NCBI GenBank assembly: GCA_963806185.1
Contig: CAWDXE010000007.1
Span: forward strand, 928,001-992,000
Length of the DNA stretch: 64,000 bases
From: an uncultured candidate division Zixibacteria bacterium
GTDB taxonomy: Bacteria > Zixibacteria > MSB-5A5 > GN15 > FEB-12
Reading direction: 5' to 3'
Of the stretch, positions 40,434-50,215 are shown piece by piece (positions within the stretch are counted from its first letter, which is position 1; every line of letters starts with the position of its first letter). Under the pieces are notes generated by a model. It had not been told where the DNA came from, did not search any database, and was given only the letters and a program-made list of their open reading frames with translations. The translations under genes were made by a program, and so were the position numbers.

Positions 40434-42079
40434 CGAGTTATCACTTCCACCTTGTATCGAGTATTGACGGCGGATCGAGCGGTGAGGAATCTCATCAGAC
40501 GATCGCGCGTCAGTTCAAGTTCCACTTCGGAGAGAAAATCATCCGCCTTGACATGGGCCTCCACCACAAGACACCGGCGCATACCGCGCTCGCCGCGTTC
40601 CACTCCCGGCCGGCAGTTGACTCTGGAGATTCGGGGATCAAAAGACGCGGTCCAGCGCTGAATGTCGGCGAAGGAGAGGGCGCGATCGCGCCCGCGCAGG
40701 CGAGCGGCAACTTCGGCCATCAATTGTTCTTCGTTGCGAGCCGGGACGGCTCCTTTAGACGGAAGCAGATTGGCCACGCTGGTGATACCGGGGTGAGGTG
40801 TGAACATCTCGTTTATTTTGCCGGGATCGATACCGTTGGCTTTGGGGCCAAGGGTCACACCGTAGAAGACGGTCAGTGATTCAGGGATGACATCGGCGGT
40901 CGGCGGAATCTCAATCCAGACGACGATGTGGTCTCTCCGTTCCTCCGTTGAGTACGTGTACATCTCCGGAAGAGACGAGTAGTGGCTACGCGTGCCGTAT
41001 TCGGTGCCTCGGGAGTCGACGACCCGGGAGATGCCGAGGACCTGTTCTGAGGGCTCAGGAAGTTCCATCTCAATGACGCGATTGGTGCCGGTGTGCTTGA
41101 ACAACGAGAGTTCATCCTTGTTGACGACGACGCAGCAATCAGTAAGCAATCGAGGCGTTTCGGCCAGGGCGCGGCGGTCGCCGCCAGCCGGCAGGTCAAT
41201 GCGCAGCCAGAAGAGCTTCTCGGCATCGTAGGGCATGGCAATACCTCTACGGGCGAGTTCTTCGCGAGTGTCTTCAGATATTTGGGATGGATCCCATTTT
41301 TCCACAAAGGATTCCGGGAGCCCGAGAAACTGTTCCTGCAGAATAGCGAACAGGTCATTGGTCGAGCGGAAGCCGCCCCACTGGCGGTCGATCAGCTCGT
41401 CCTTCAATTCTGCATTGCGAGAACCCGGACAGAAGCCGAATTCCTCGCGGAACCGCCCGGTGGCATCCGCGGGCAACCAGTTTCCCCAGATGATCTGTTT
41501 GGTGGCTTGAGGTTGGCCGTGAACAAACATCTGCGCTCCGGCCAACTGATGCGGGCGGCCATCGAAAGCCAGCCCAACCAGCAGGAAGCCCTGTCCCCGT
41601 CCGGGGATTTTGGCAGCCGTGGTCGAAGAAGCCAGCAGGTCGACTGCGACCTGATCGACGACGGCAAACATCTGGCGAACGGTCGTCTTGCAGAGACGTT
41701 CCGGCTTGAAAGCGGAGAAGTAGAAGGTATTCCCCCCGCGCCGCTTTTCCTGGTAGGAGAACTTGGTATTGACGTCGATCTCAACTACCGGGTCCAGGAG
41801 TTGACACTGCAGTACGGAGAAGGCGGGAACCGGCCAGCGGCTGATTTCGGGATACATCGACTGGATGAGCGCCTTGGTGGCGCGATCCCAGACCTCTTCA
41901 ACTCGTTTCTCGATTGTGGAAAGCTGATAGGCGTAGAGCTGCATCAGCATGCGCAGGACCGGGTCCAGTCGTTCGGCCGATTCCGGTGTTTCCGGATTCA
42001 TTCGCCGAAGCTGCCGGTGCATTTCGCGGAAGATTTCGTCGTGGGCTCTCGCCCGTCCTTCAATAGGTGTGCCCGCCAT
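40430..42079 (-). CDS. tssF: T6SS baseplate subunit TssF
   Basis: RLDPVLRMLM, P....PVPAFSVL, T.G..ANGI, LRGRDRALSFADI; position between tssE and tssG. Confidence 0.8.
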   Translation of the reverse strand: MAGTPIEGRARAHDEIFREMHRQLRRMNPETPESAERLDPVLRMLMQLYAYQLSTIEKRVEEVWDRATKALIQSMYPEISRWPVPAFSVLQCQLLDPVVEIDVNTKFSYQEKRRGGNTFYFSAFKPERLCKTTVRQMFAVVDQVAVDLLASSTTAAKIPGRGQGFLLVGLAFDGRPHQLAGAQMFVHGQPQATKQIIWGNWLPADATGRFREEFGFCPGSRNAELKDELIDRQWGGFRSTNDLFAILQEQFLGLPESFVEKWDPSQISEDTREELARRGIAMPYDAEKLFWLRIDLPAGGDRRALAETPRLLTDCCVVVNKDELSLFKHTGTNRVIEMELPEPSEQVLGISRVVDSRGTEYGTRSHYSSLPEMYTYSTEERRDHIVVWIEIPPTADVIPESLTVFYGVTLGPKANGIDPGKINEMFTPHPGITSVANLLPSKGAVPARNEEQLMAEVAARLRGRDRALSFADIQRWTASFDPRISRVNCRPGVERGERGMRRCLVVEAHVKADDFLSEVELELTRDRLMRFLTARSAVNTRYKVEVITR

Positions 42080-42082
42080 AGT

Positions 42083-42457
42083 TTAACCCAGATTGTAGAA
42101 GGCTTCAAACGGACGCAAGTGGCCGCCATCAGTGTATTCGCCGGTAACCTTGACGGCTACACCAATGCTGCGCGTCCCCACCGAAGTCGGTTGTTCGAAG
42201 GAGACAACGACGCTGGAAAGGCGGCGTTCGTACTTCTGAATAGCGTCACGGAGTCCGGAGCGAAGTTCAGATTTATTAGATGCCTGAATGTCGGCGTATT
42301 CGCGATCCCAGATGACCGAGCCGTATTCAGGATCGAACGGCAGTTGGCCCTTGCGAGTGGAGAGAATCAGACCAATCGAATACATGATTGACTCCTGCAG
42401 CGAAACGGACGGAAGATAGCCGTCGCGCAGGACGAGTGGAAGACCGAGGTAACGCAT
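42083..42457 (-). CDS. tssE: T6SS baseplate gp25-like TssE
   Basis: SIMYSIGLILSTRKGQLPFDPEYGSVIWD, AIQKYERRL. Confidence 0.88.
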   Translation of the reverse strand: MRYLGLPLVLRDGYLPSVSLQESIMYSIGLILSTRKGQLPFDPEYGSVIWDREYADIQASNKSELRSGLRDAIQKYERRLSSVVVSFEQPTSVGTRSIGVAVKVTGEYTDGGHLRPFEAFYNLG

Positions 42458-44319
42458 TAGTTAATCTTCACCGGCATACCCTGCACGGTGAGCGGGCCGT
42501 TGGCCTTGACCGTTCCAGTAGCGGCGCCCTCGACCGACAGAGTCGTGCCCTTCACGGTACACGAGGCGGTAGCCTCGAGATTGGCGTTGCCGGTGGCGGT
42601 TAGTTTCATGTCAGCCGTGGCCTTGGCCGTAAAATTGGCTTTTGCGGTTTCTTCGATATTGCCGCCGGCGGAGACTTTGACATCCTTGCTGGTTGCCTCA
42701 ATCGTGACCGACTCCTGAGCCTTTAGCGTGATGTTCTTCGCAACCAGGTTGATGTCTTCTTCACTCTCGATGGTAATTGAGATGCCGCCACTGACGGCAT
42801 CGAGAATTATGCAATTCTTGGCCTTGGTCTGGCGGATAATGACTTTTTCGTTGCCCGGCGAATCGACGAAGAGGATTTCGTTGCCGGAGACGGTTCGCAA
42901 GATCTTGATCACGTCAGAACCGCTCTCGGAGGCCGCCACCTCGCTTCCATCGACTATGCCCTTTGGCGGCAAATCCTTGCCGTTGTGCATGACGCCGAGT
43001 ATAACCGGCCGATCGGGGTCGCCGTTTTCGAAGCCGACGAGCACTTCATCGCCGACGTCCGGAAACGAAAACCAGCCGCGATCATTGCCGGCATCAGGCC
43101 GGGCCATGCGGCACCAGAAGAGCGACTCGTTCGCCATCCACGGGAGCGTGACCCGTATCCGGCCCATCTTCTCGGGATCGTTATTGTCAGCCACCAACCC
43201 GTACTGCAAATGCGTGGACCGATTCGTTGGGTCGTTGACCGGCGCAAAGGCAAGATCGAGAGGAACAGCCTGGAAACGGTTATGATACTGACCGCTATCG
43301 TTGATCACATGCGTTATTTCCGTGAGCCAGTACATGCCTCCGACGTTGCCGAGTTTGGCAATTTCGACACAACCGCCGAGGCCGATCGAGAGATCAATCG
43401 ATTGACCAATGGCCGTGACCAGTCGTCCCGCAGCACCGGAGCTCTGATTCTGCACAACTGCCTGCACATGGCTGGGAGAAGCTACTGAAGGGACATAAGA
43501 GAAATTGGCGGCGCTGTTGTAGATGGTTTTGGAGGCGTCGACGGAGGCCTTGATCAATCCGGACACCGCGATGGAAGGGAATTTCTGGGTATGCGACACC
43601 CATTCTTTCTTCTTGGGGTCCATCAGTTGAGCGTCGAAACCCAGCGATGTCGTGCCGAGATCGAGCATAAAGCTTCCCAGCGTTTCCTCAAAAGGCAGTC
43701 GCACCGACGTGGAAGACGAAGCCTTGCCGACGATGAATTCCTTGCCGGTGTAATAGGCATACAGACCATTACGAGCAGCCAGCCGGCAGATGTACTCATA
43801 ATCGGTTTCGTTGAACTGATGCAGTTGTTCGCTTTGTTCTGACGTGGAGGTTATCACCCCCTTGGTGATATCGTATTCGCCGAGGATAGTATCAATGGCC
43901 TGAGAATCCGTCTGATTGAACAGAAGACGGTTGTGCCTGACACTGTCGAGCAAGCAGGTGGGGCTTTGGGCCTCGATCAAGATCCAGTTGGCACCATCGA
44001 CGGAATTCTCTAAAGCGACACGAGTAATGAGACCGATGAAAGTCAGGCTTTTGTCACTTCCGGTGAGATTATCGAATGGCTTGATGGTAACCGTGATTTT
44101 TTCGCCGAGACCGTTGGTGTACGGCGTCGGGTCGATCGGGTCATTTGGGCCGAGTGCACCGACCTCCTTGACGCGCACGTTCAGGACGTGATGACCATCG
44201 ATGCGCTGGATCAGTTCCACGCCGGAGACGGATGCCTCGAGGGTCGTTTGACCGATGCGCACGTCGCAGAAGACGGAGATTTCGATCTTGGGCGTATACG
44301 GCGAATTGGATTGCTTCAT
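42457..44319 (-). CDS. vgrG: T6SS spike protein VgrG with gp5 OB-fold and no effector extension
   Basis: QRIDGHH, QFNETDYEYICRLA, VADNNDPEKMGRIRV, PDVGDEVLVGFENGDPDRP, beta-helical repeats ending VKIN. Confidence 0.93.
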   Translation of the reverse strand: MKQSNSPYTPKIEISVFCDVRIGQTTLEASVSGVELIQRIDGHHVLNVRVKEVGALGPNDPIDPTPYTNGLGEKITVTIKPFDNLTGSDKSLTFIGLITRVALENSVDGANWILIEAQSPTCLLDSVRHNRLLFNQTDSQAIDTILGEYDITKGVITSTSEQSEQLHQFNETDYEYICRLAARNGLYAYYTGKEFIVGKASSSTSVRLPFEETLGSFMLDLGTTSLGFDAQLMDPKKKEWVSHTQKFPSIAVSGLIKASVDASKTIYNSAANFSYVPSVASPSHVQAVVQNQSSGAAGRLVTAIGQSIDLSIGLGGCVEIAKLGNVGGMYWLTEITHVINDSGQYHNRFQAVPLDLAFAPVNDPTNRSTHLQYGLVADNNDPEKMGRIRVTLPWMANESLFWCRMARPDAGNDRGWFSFPDVGDEVLVGFENGDPDRPVILGVMHNGKDLPPKGIVDGSEVAASESGSDVIKILRTVSGNEILFVDSPGNEKVIIRQTKAKNCIILDAVSGGISITIESEEDINLVAKNITLKAQESVTIEATSKDVKVSAGGNIEETAKANFTAKATADMKLTATGNANLEATASCTVKGTTLSVEGAATGTVKANGPLTVQGMPVKIN

Positions 44320-44330
44320 CAATAGTCAAA

Positions 44331-44357
44331 GAGGGCGGCGGAATACCACCGCCCCTC
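44331..44357 (-). terminator. GC-rich hairpin between hcp and vgrG (weak terminator or mRNA stabiliser)
   Basis: Minus strand GAGGGGCGGTGG-TATT-CCGCCGCCCTC followed by TTTG. Confidence 0.55.
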
Positions 44358-44371
44358 CATAGTCGGTAAGG

Positions 44372-44776
44372 TTATTCCTGCCACCGGTTATCGATGCTGG
44401 CGTCAGCAATGCTGAGCGTCTGGCACGAAATCTGAAACTCCTCGTAGACCTGCTGGTCGGGACTCTCTTTGACGTGCGGAATAGTCTCCTTGTACGACGT
44501 AATGAAACCGTCGGTCCAGGTCAACTCTTTCATGACCGAGTCGTCGGGGTTGCGGAAGATGACCTTGCCGCCCTTCCAGTTCGGCTTTGCCGAGTTCATG
44601 GCCCAGGAAGCCATGGTGGTGTCAGCCGTCGATTCGCGGATGACGGTAATCACGCCGGCGTGGGCGCGGTCCGAGGGGCGACCGGTTTCGTCTTTCGCGG
44701 TATAAAGTACGTACGTGACCGAGTAGACGTTCGGATACGCGACTCCCTCAACTTCCAAAGTAGGCCGTCTTGCCAT
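44372..44776 (-). CDS. tssD: T6SS tube protein TssD/Hcp, Bacteroidota type
   Basis: 134 aa; DETGRPS...GVITVIRES...W......GGKVIF....MKEL.W..G.I.SY.E. Confidence 0.88.
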   Translation of the reverse strand: MARRPTLEVEGVAYPNVYSVTYVLYTAKDETGRPSDRAHAGVITVIRESTADTTMASWAMNSAKPNWKGGKVIFRNPDDSVMKELTWTDGFITSYKETIPHVKESPDQQVYEEFQISCQTLSIADASIDNRWQE

Positions 44777-44853
44777 TTCCTTACTCCTTCTTCAGTGTAT
44801 AAATACCTGTCATTCTGTTGTCGTAAACAGTCGACCATGCTTCCGGCGGTCGT

Positions 44854-46281
44854 TCAGCTCTTGTCTTTGACGCCGGTCTTGCCGTCCTCGTTCCACGCCG
44901 CGAATTCGATAAAGAAGGTGCGGGCGGGATATTTCGGATTGAGCATGACCTTGATGTCGATTTCCTGACGCTTGCGCATTTCCTGGTCGGCGAAGATTTC
45001 GATTTTGTAATCTTCCAGGATCGAATCGGGGCCGGATATCGCCTTCATGAATTTCTCGATGTCGGTGCGCAGGGTGACGAGGAACTTCTCGTCGATTACG
45101 GTAAACGTCTGCTTATTGAGATAATTGCGGAGCGTCTTGTAGACGTAATCATAAGTCCGCCGGATCGAATAGACATTGAATGTCTCCTTGGTAAACAGGG
45201 TAGCGGCGCCCATCGCAACGGCAGAACCCTCGAAGTTTACCATGGGGTTGACGCCCTTTTCGTTGATCTTGCCGGCGTCGACCTGATTTACCTTGAAACG
45301 AAGGTACTTGGCGTCGCTGATCTTGCCGTGCTTGTAACCGGCCATCGGCTGCTGCATACCGGCCGTGGTGTCGCCCTGATACATCTTACCGGCGACGGAG
45401 GCTGACGGCGGCACCCACATGTCGTCATCTTCGTACTGATTAGCCGTGCGGGCAAGCACGTAGTTGGCGAAGATGGCCACATATTGCTTGTAATTGTCGA
45501 CGCCGGGCAGGTTGGCATAGTTCGGATCGTCAAGCATCTCCATGACCTCTTCGAACTTCTCGAAGTTTGGCAGATCGGTGAGCACCTGACACTTGTTGGC
45601 GAAGCCCAACTGCCGGGCGAAGTTGTCGACATTCTCGACACTGCCAAGATAGCCGGGAACAACGGCCATACCGAAGGCCTCCTTGATGCTGAATTCCCGA
45701 TAGAGGTCGGCGACGGCCTTGCAGAGTTGTTCGAACTTCTCTTTGTCGTTCGGGTCGGTCAGTTCTTCGGCCGACACATTGGCGAACCAGACGTTCACTT
45801 TTTCGTCAGGTTCCTGCTGGGCGTTGGCGAAGAACTTGTCGACGGCCCGGTAGGCGAGTTCGAGCTCGCGAGCAGTGCGATGGACGGTCTTCATGTTTTT
45901 GGAAAGGTTGGTCTCGAGTTTGGCCGCGGCCTCGGCGAGGCCCTTGCGCACGTCGTCGGGCGACTTGCTCGTGGACAGATGCTCCATCCAGAGTTTCATA
46001 CGATGGGCGAGAGTCTTCCGGCGGGCGGCAAATTCGGGTTTGTTGAGAAACTCCTTACGTTGAAACTCCTTTTTGGGGTCGAGCCATTCGACGCCGCTGA
46101 CCAGATCGTTGTCGGGAGTTTTGAACGACGGCATCAGAGCAGCCAGCTTGCTGTAGTCGCCGAACGAATCGGACAACAACGCCGCAAACTGGGCATCTGA
46201 AAGTCGGGCTTCAGTTTTCGCCGGAGCCTCGGCAAACGCCGGCTGTTCACCAGCCGATTCTTTTTTGACTTCATCAGACAT
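44854..46281 (-). CDS. tssC: T6SS sheath large subunit TssC, Bacteroidota type
   Basis: RELELAYRAVDKFFAN, VVPGYLGS, N.VLAR, VPPSA.VAGKMY, Q..AGYKHG, YSIRR.YDYV. Confidence 0.88.
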   Translation of the reverse strand: MSDEVKKESAGEQPAFAEAPAKTEARLSDAQFAALLSDSFGDYSKLAALMPSFKTPDNDLVSGVEWLDPKKEFQRKEFLNKPEFAARRKTLAHRMKLWMEHLSTSKSPDDVRKGLAEAAAKLETNLSKNMKTVHRTARELELAYRAVDKFFANAQQEPDEKVNVWFANVSAEELTDPNDKEKFEQLCKAVADLYREFSIKEAFGMAVVPGYLGSVENVDNFARQLGFANKCQVLTDLPNFEKFEEVMEMLDDPNYANLPGVDNYKQYVAIFANYVLARTANQYEDDDMWVPPSASVAGKMYQGDTTAGMQQPMAGYKHGKISDAKYLRFKVNQVDAGKINEKGVNPMVNFEGSAVAMGAATLFTKETFNVYSIRRTYDYVYKTLRNYLNKQTFTVIDEKFLVTLRTDIEKFMKAISGPDSILEDYKIEIFADQEMRKRQEIDIKVMLNPKYPARTFFIEFAAWNEDGKTGVKDKS

Positions 46282-46296
46282 ATTGTGTCACCTCGG

Positions 46297-46737
46297 TTAT
46301 TCGCTCAACAGATCCACATAGTGCTGCATGATCTTCAGCAGCGCTTCTTTTTTTGCCTTATCCTCAAGCGTCTTGAGCAGCGCCTTGTTCTTTTTGAGCT
46401 GCTGTTCGAGATCATTGAGGATTTCCTTACCGTAGTACGTGTCACGCAGGTAGTCGTTCTTCTCAATCAGCTCTTTGGAGGTGAAATCCTTCATCGATTT
46501 GACATCGAAGTGGGCGTTGACCTGCTGGCCGTCGGTCGTTTCCAGTTGAGCTTCGAAGTTCGGCTGGAATTTTTCGAAGACCTCTTTCATGTTGGAGCAA
46601 CGGACCGGCGTGACGTCCGGGTTGTCTTCGGTATTCAACCGTGCCGCATAGAGCGTCTTGTTTGACTGCAACAACTCGACCGGAATCGAATCATCCTTTT
46701 TCACTTTCTCGGTGGCCCCGAGAACAAATTTGGCCAT
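46297..46737 (-). CDS. tssB: T6SS sheath small subunit TssB, Bacteroidota type
   Basis: NKTLYAARL, VFEKFQP, F..MKDF, QLKKNKALLKTL; lies just before tssC. Confidence 0.85.
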   Translation of the reverse strand: MAKFVLGATEKVKKDDSIPVELLQSNKTLYAARLNTEDNPDVTPVRCSNMKEVFEKFQPNFEAQLETTDGQQVNAHFDVKSMKDFTSKELIEKNDYLRDTYYGKEILNDLEQQLKKNKALLKTLEDKAKKEALLKIMQHYVDLLSE

Positions 46738-46757
46738 ATCCAGCCTCCAGGTCGTTA

Positions 46758-47876
46758 CTAGGCGTCTGCCCGTTTTTCTGTCGTAAAAATGTAGGCGTCA
46801 TTCTGCACATCGACCAGGACCCGGTCTCCTGACGCGATGGCGCCGGTGATGATGTCAACAGAAAGACGGTTTATTATATCGCGTTCAATTGTGCGTTGCA
46901 TGGGGCGCGCCCCAAGGTCGGGGACGTAGCCGTCGTGAGAGAGCTTGGTTTTCGCAGCCGGCGTCAGGACGGCCGTGATGTTCTGCTCTTTCAACATGTT
47001 GTTTACGGTCTCGAATTCCAGGACGGCGATCTTTTCGATCTGCTGCTGCGTGAAGGAGTGATACACGATGATATCGTTGAGCCGGTTGAGGAATTCGGGG
47101 CGGAACTTGCCGAAGAGGAAGCTGCGGACTTCTTCCATGTCGACCTCGCGTCCTTCGCGATCGGCCTCGAGAATGCGATCGGCGGCGTAGTTTGATGTCA
47201 GTACGACCATGCAGTTGGAGAAGTTGACCGTTCGCCCCTGACCGTCGGTAAGACGGCCATCGTCAAGCAACTGCAAAAGGACGTTGAACACGTCGGGGTG
47301 CGCCTTCTCGACTTCGTCGAAGAGGATAACCGAAAACGGTTTCCGTTTGACGGCTTCGGTCAGAAGGCCACCCGCCTCATAACCGACATAGCCGGGCGGC
47401 GCGCCGATCAACTTGGCGACGGAGTGGGGTTCCATGAACTCGGACATATCCATGCGGACCATGGCATTCTTATCGTCGAAGAGAAACTCGGCGAGCAGTT
47501 TCGGGAGGTAGGTCTTCCCCGTTCCGGTAGGGCCGAGGAAGAGAAAAGAGCCGATCGGGCGATTGGCCAGCTTAAGACCGGCGCGCGCTTTCCGCACGGC
47601 GTTGCAGATCGCCTTGATGGCGTTTTCCTGCCCGATGATCTTCTTCTGCAGGAACCCCTCCATGTTGACCAGACGGTCCTTTTCGGCGGTCATCATCTTG
47701 GAGAGCGGAATGCCTGTCCTCCGCGCCACGACCGCGGCAATATCTGACGCGTCGATGGTCTGATCGAGCTTGCCGACGACTGACTGCAACAACTCAAAGC
47801 GAGCCCGCTTGGCGTCAAAGGACGCCTTCAGCTGTTCGACGCGAACCGGTGTGGGCTTGATCTTCTTTTCGCTCAT
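46758..47876 (-). CDS. ClpV/TssH C-terminal half (second AAA+ module)
   Basis: TGIP, IIGQ, FLFLGPTGTGKT, RMDMSEF, GAPPGYVGY, FDEVEKAH, FRPEFLNR, GARP; has its own AGGAG RBS and an ATGA overlap. Confidence 0.9.
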   Translation of the reverse strand: MSEKKIKPTPVRVEQLKASFDAKRARFELLQSVVGKLDQTIDASDIAAVVARRTGIPLSKMMTAEKDRLVNMEGFLQKKIIGQENAIKAICNAVRKARAGLKLANRPIGSFLFLGPTGTGKTYLPKLLAEFLFDDKNAMVRMDMSEFMEPHSVAKLIGAPPGYVGYEAGGLLTEAVKRKPFSVILFDEVEKAHPDVFNVLLQLLDDGRLTDGQGRTVNFSNCMVVLTSNYAADRILEADREGREVDMEEVRSFLFGKFRPEFLNRLNDIIVYHSFTQQQIEKIAVLEFETVNNMLKEQNITAVLTPAAKTKLSHDGYVPDLGARPMQRTIERDIINRLSVDIITGAIASGDRVLVDVQNDAYIFTTEKRADA

Positions 47877-49331
47877 ACGCCGGCTCCTGCTGCATCGATA
47901 CGATGCCCCCAGAGTTCATCGAGACGATTGACCGTGGCCTCGAATGTCTCGACGGCGGTTTTCAGTTTGCCGTACTCTTCGGATTCGGGATCAGGCTCTT
48001 TGCCGCCGAACGCAGCCAATTGCTTCTCGATCTCCTTCGCCTGCGCCTGCAGGGCGACGATCTTGTCCTTTCCGAATTCCTGCTTCACGGCATATTCCGA
48101 CGCGGCTTCGTCGATGATATCCAGCGCGATATCAGGGAGATTCCGTTCGGCCAGATAGCGGGTGGCGAACTTCACGGAGCCAACGATGGCGTCCTCAGTG
48201 TAGGTAATCTTGTGGTGCTCCTGGTACTTGGGAACGACGCCGCGGACAATGCGGATGGCTTCATCAGGAGAGGGTGGCTCAACCTTGACGCGTTCAAAGC
48301 GACGGTCCAGGGCCTTGTCTTTTTCAAGATGCTTGCTGTACTCTTCTTCCGTGGTCGCACCGACGAGGCGTATCTGACCGCGAGCCAGCGCCGGTTTAAG
48401 GAGATTGGCGGCATCCATGCCTCCGCCGGTTGAGCCGCCGCCACAAATCGTGTGGATTTCGTCGATGAAGAGCACAATGCGCCCGCCAGACTTGACGACG
48501 TCGCCCACGAGGGCCTTGAACCTCTCCTCAAATTCGCCTTTGTACTTGGCACCAGCGACGAGAGAACCCATGTCGACGCCCATGACTTTGACGCCGTGCA
48601 GGGAGCGCGGGACTTTTTCCTCAACTACGGCCTGAGCGAAGCCCTCGACGATGGCGGTTTTCCCTACACCGGCACCGCCGACGAGGACGGGACTGTTTTT
48701 GCGACGACGAAGCAGAATTTGAATGACTTGCTGGATTTCTTTGTCACGTCCGACGCAGATGTCAAATTGGCCGGCGGCCGCCTGATTGGTGAGATCTTCG
48801 CAATAACGGAGCGTCCCCGAGACCTCTTTGGAACCGGAATCAGAGTCACCGGATGACGGAGCGGTCGAACCGGCAGTCGCGATTTGCGCAACGGCCTTGG
48901 CCTCGGCGATCGCCTGGTAGATGTCTTCAGTGGTAACGCCGAGCCGATCACGCAGCACGCCGGGGAGCTTTGAGCGAACGTCGAAGGCGGCGATGAAAAT
49001 ATGCTCGGGCTCCACCAGCGCGTCGTATAGTTTGGCCTTCTCCTCAAGAGCCTGCGCCAAGGCATTCTGGGCCGCAGGGGACATTGTCAGGTTCTCTCTG
49101 ACGGAACTCTTCGACGGCTGTTCCTTCAGGAATTCTTCGACGATCGACTCAAGGTGGGCCCGGCTCTTCCCCAATTGCGAGAGGATGGACTCCAACCCTG
49201 ACCCTTCGTGGCGAATGGCAGCGACGAGGAGATGTGGCAAGTCAATTTCGGGGTGCCGGAAGGCGACGGCCACTTCCCTGGGCGGTGCGTATAACAGATC
49301 GAGAATCGGACGAATAATTGGCTATATCCAT
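47873..49331 (-). CDS. ClpV/TssH N-terminal half (Clp-N, first AAA+ module, coiled coil; apparent +1 frameshift near 49277)
   Basis: MDIANYSSDSRSVIRTAQ from ATG 49331 joins EVAVAFRHPEIDLPHLL after removing one G; VGRDKEI, GGAGVGKT, FIDEIH, LKPALARG, RRF, LPD.A.D. Confidence 0.88.
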
Positions 49332-49395
49332 GCTTGATAGCGCCTTACCGCGTATTTGGTCTTAGATCCCGGATGTGAGCATCAAAGTTTGCCAA

Positions 49396-49425
49396 AAGGT
49401 ACGAATTCACAAATAAGCTTGTCAA
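49396..49425 (-). promoter_or_regulatory. Sigma70-type promoter candidate of the T6SS structural operon
   Basis: TTGACA-N18-TACCTT, 65 nt upstream of ATG 49331. Confidence 0.55.
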
Positions 49426-49525
49426 GCGCAATTGGCCTGGAACGGCTTGCGCCGGCCTCAAACTTAGACCTCGTAGGTCTTTGAATAGGCATTGTACGCC
49501 GGGGATTCGCATTTCGACGCGAATT

Positions 49526-50215
49526 TCATCTGGCGTACAGGTCAAACCAGGAAAGATTCAACTCCTTTGCCCAGGACATAACGGCCCGACCAGGCGAAGC
49601 CTGCACTTTGAGAGTGACAAAACCGATCTGCCGGCCATCGCACCACCAATGCAGGTGGTCGATGTGATCCGAGTGATCGGGGGCGGTCGGGGGTTGCGTC
49701 TGAATCCCCAAAGTCAAACCGTCGTGGGTTTCCGTCTGCTGCGGTTCAAAACGAAGAGATTCCGTCAACACGGCCGCAGCTACTTTTTTGACGAATTCCA
49801 GGGTTGGTTGGTCGGGTGGCTTGGGCCAGTCCAGGGTGATGCTGATGAGACAGAAAGTCTGACCGATGTCGATCTGCTTTCCCGCCCATTGGTACCGGAC
49901 TCGCACGATATCGCACCGGTTTTGACGATCTCCGGCAAATGCAATATAGCGGGCATCGCCGGGTGGCTGGGCGGAATCGACCATGATTTGGTCAATCCAG
50001 GAAGTGGCAATCTCGACGGCTTCTTTCTGGCCAGGTGCGCGACCGGGTGTGGTACCAGCGGTCAGCGCATCCTCCTCCGTTTTGGTCAAGGAGACAAGTT
50101 GGGCACTTACGTTGTCAAATGGCATAGCCGATTCCTTCCCTTTCTCGGTTGGATTTCCGCAAACGGCCAGGACAAAAGCAATGGCAGTCAGGGTGGCAGC
50201 CTGGCACGGCTTCAT
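49526..50215 (-). CDS. Putative lipoprotein, candidate immunity protein of the LysM effector
   Basis: MKPCQAATLTAIAFVLAVC lipobox-like; ATGA overlap with the upstream effector stop. Confidence 0.55.
   Translation of the reverse strand: MKPCQAATLTAIAFVLAVCGNPTEKGKESAMPFDNVSAQLVSLTKTEEDALTAGTTPGRAPGQKEAVEIATSWIDQIMVDSAQPPGDARYIAFAGDRQNRCDIVRVRYQWAGKQIDIGQTFCLISITLDWPKPPDQPTLEFVKKVAAAVLTESLRFEPQQTETHDGLTLGIQTQPPTAPDHSDHIDHLHWWCDGRQIGFVTLKVQASPGRAVMSWAKELNLSWFDLYAR

Noticed and set aside
39480..46737. Prophage tail, tailocin or eCIS
   Set aside because: No capsid, terminase, integrase, lysis, tape-measure or tail-fibre genes. A two-gene TssB/TssC sheath, ClpV, TssK and PAAR with effector-immunity pairs fit a T6SS.
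46758..49331. Housekeeping ClpB/ClpC
   Set aside because: It heads the tssB-tssC operon, so a T6SS ATPase role is more parsimonious, although sequence alone does not exclude a ClpB-like origin.
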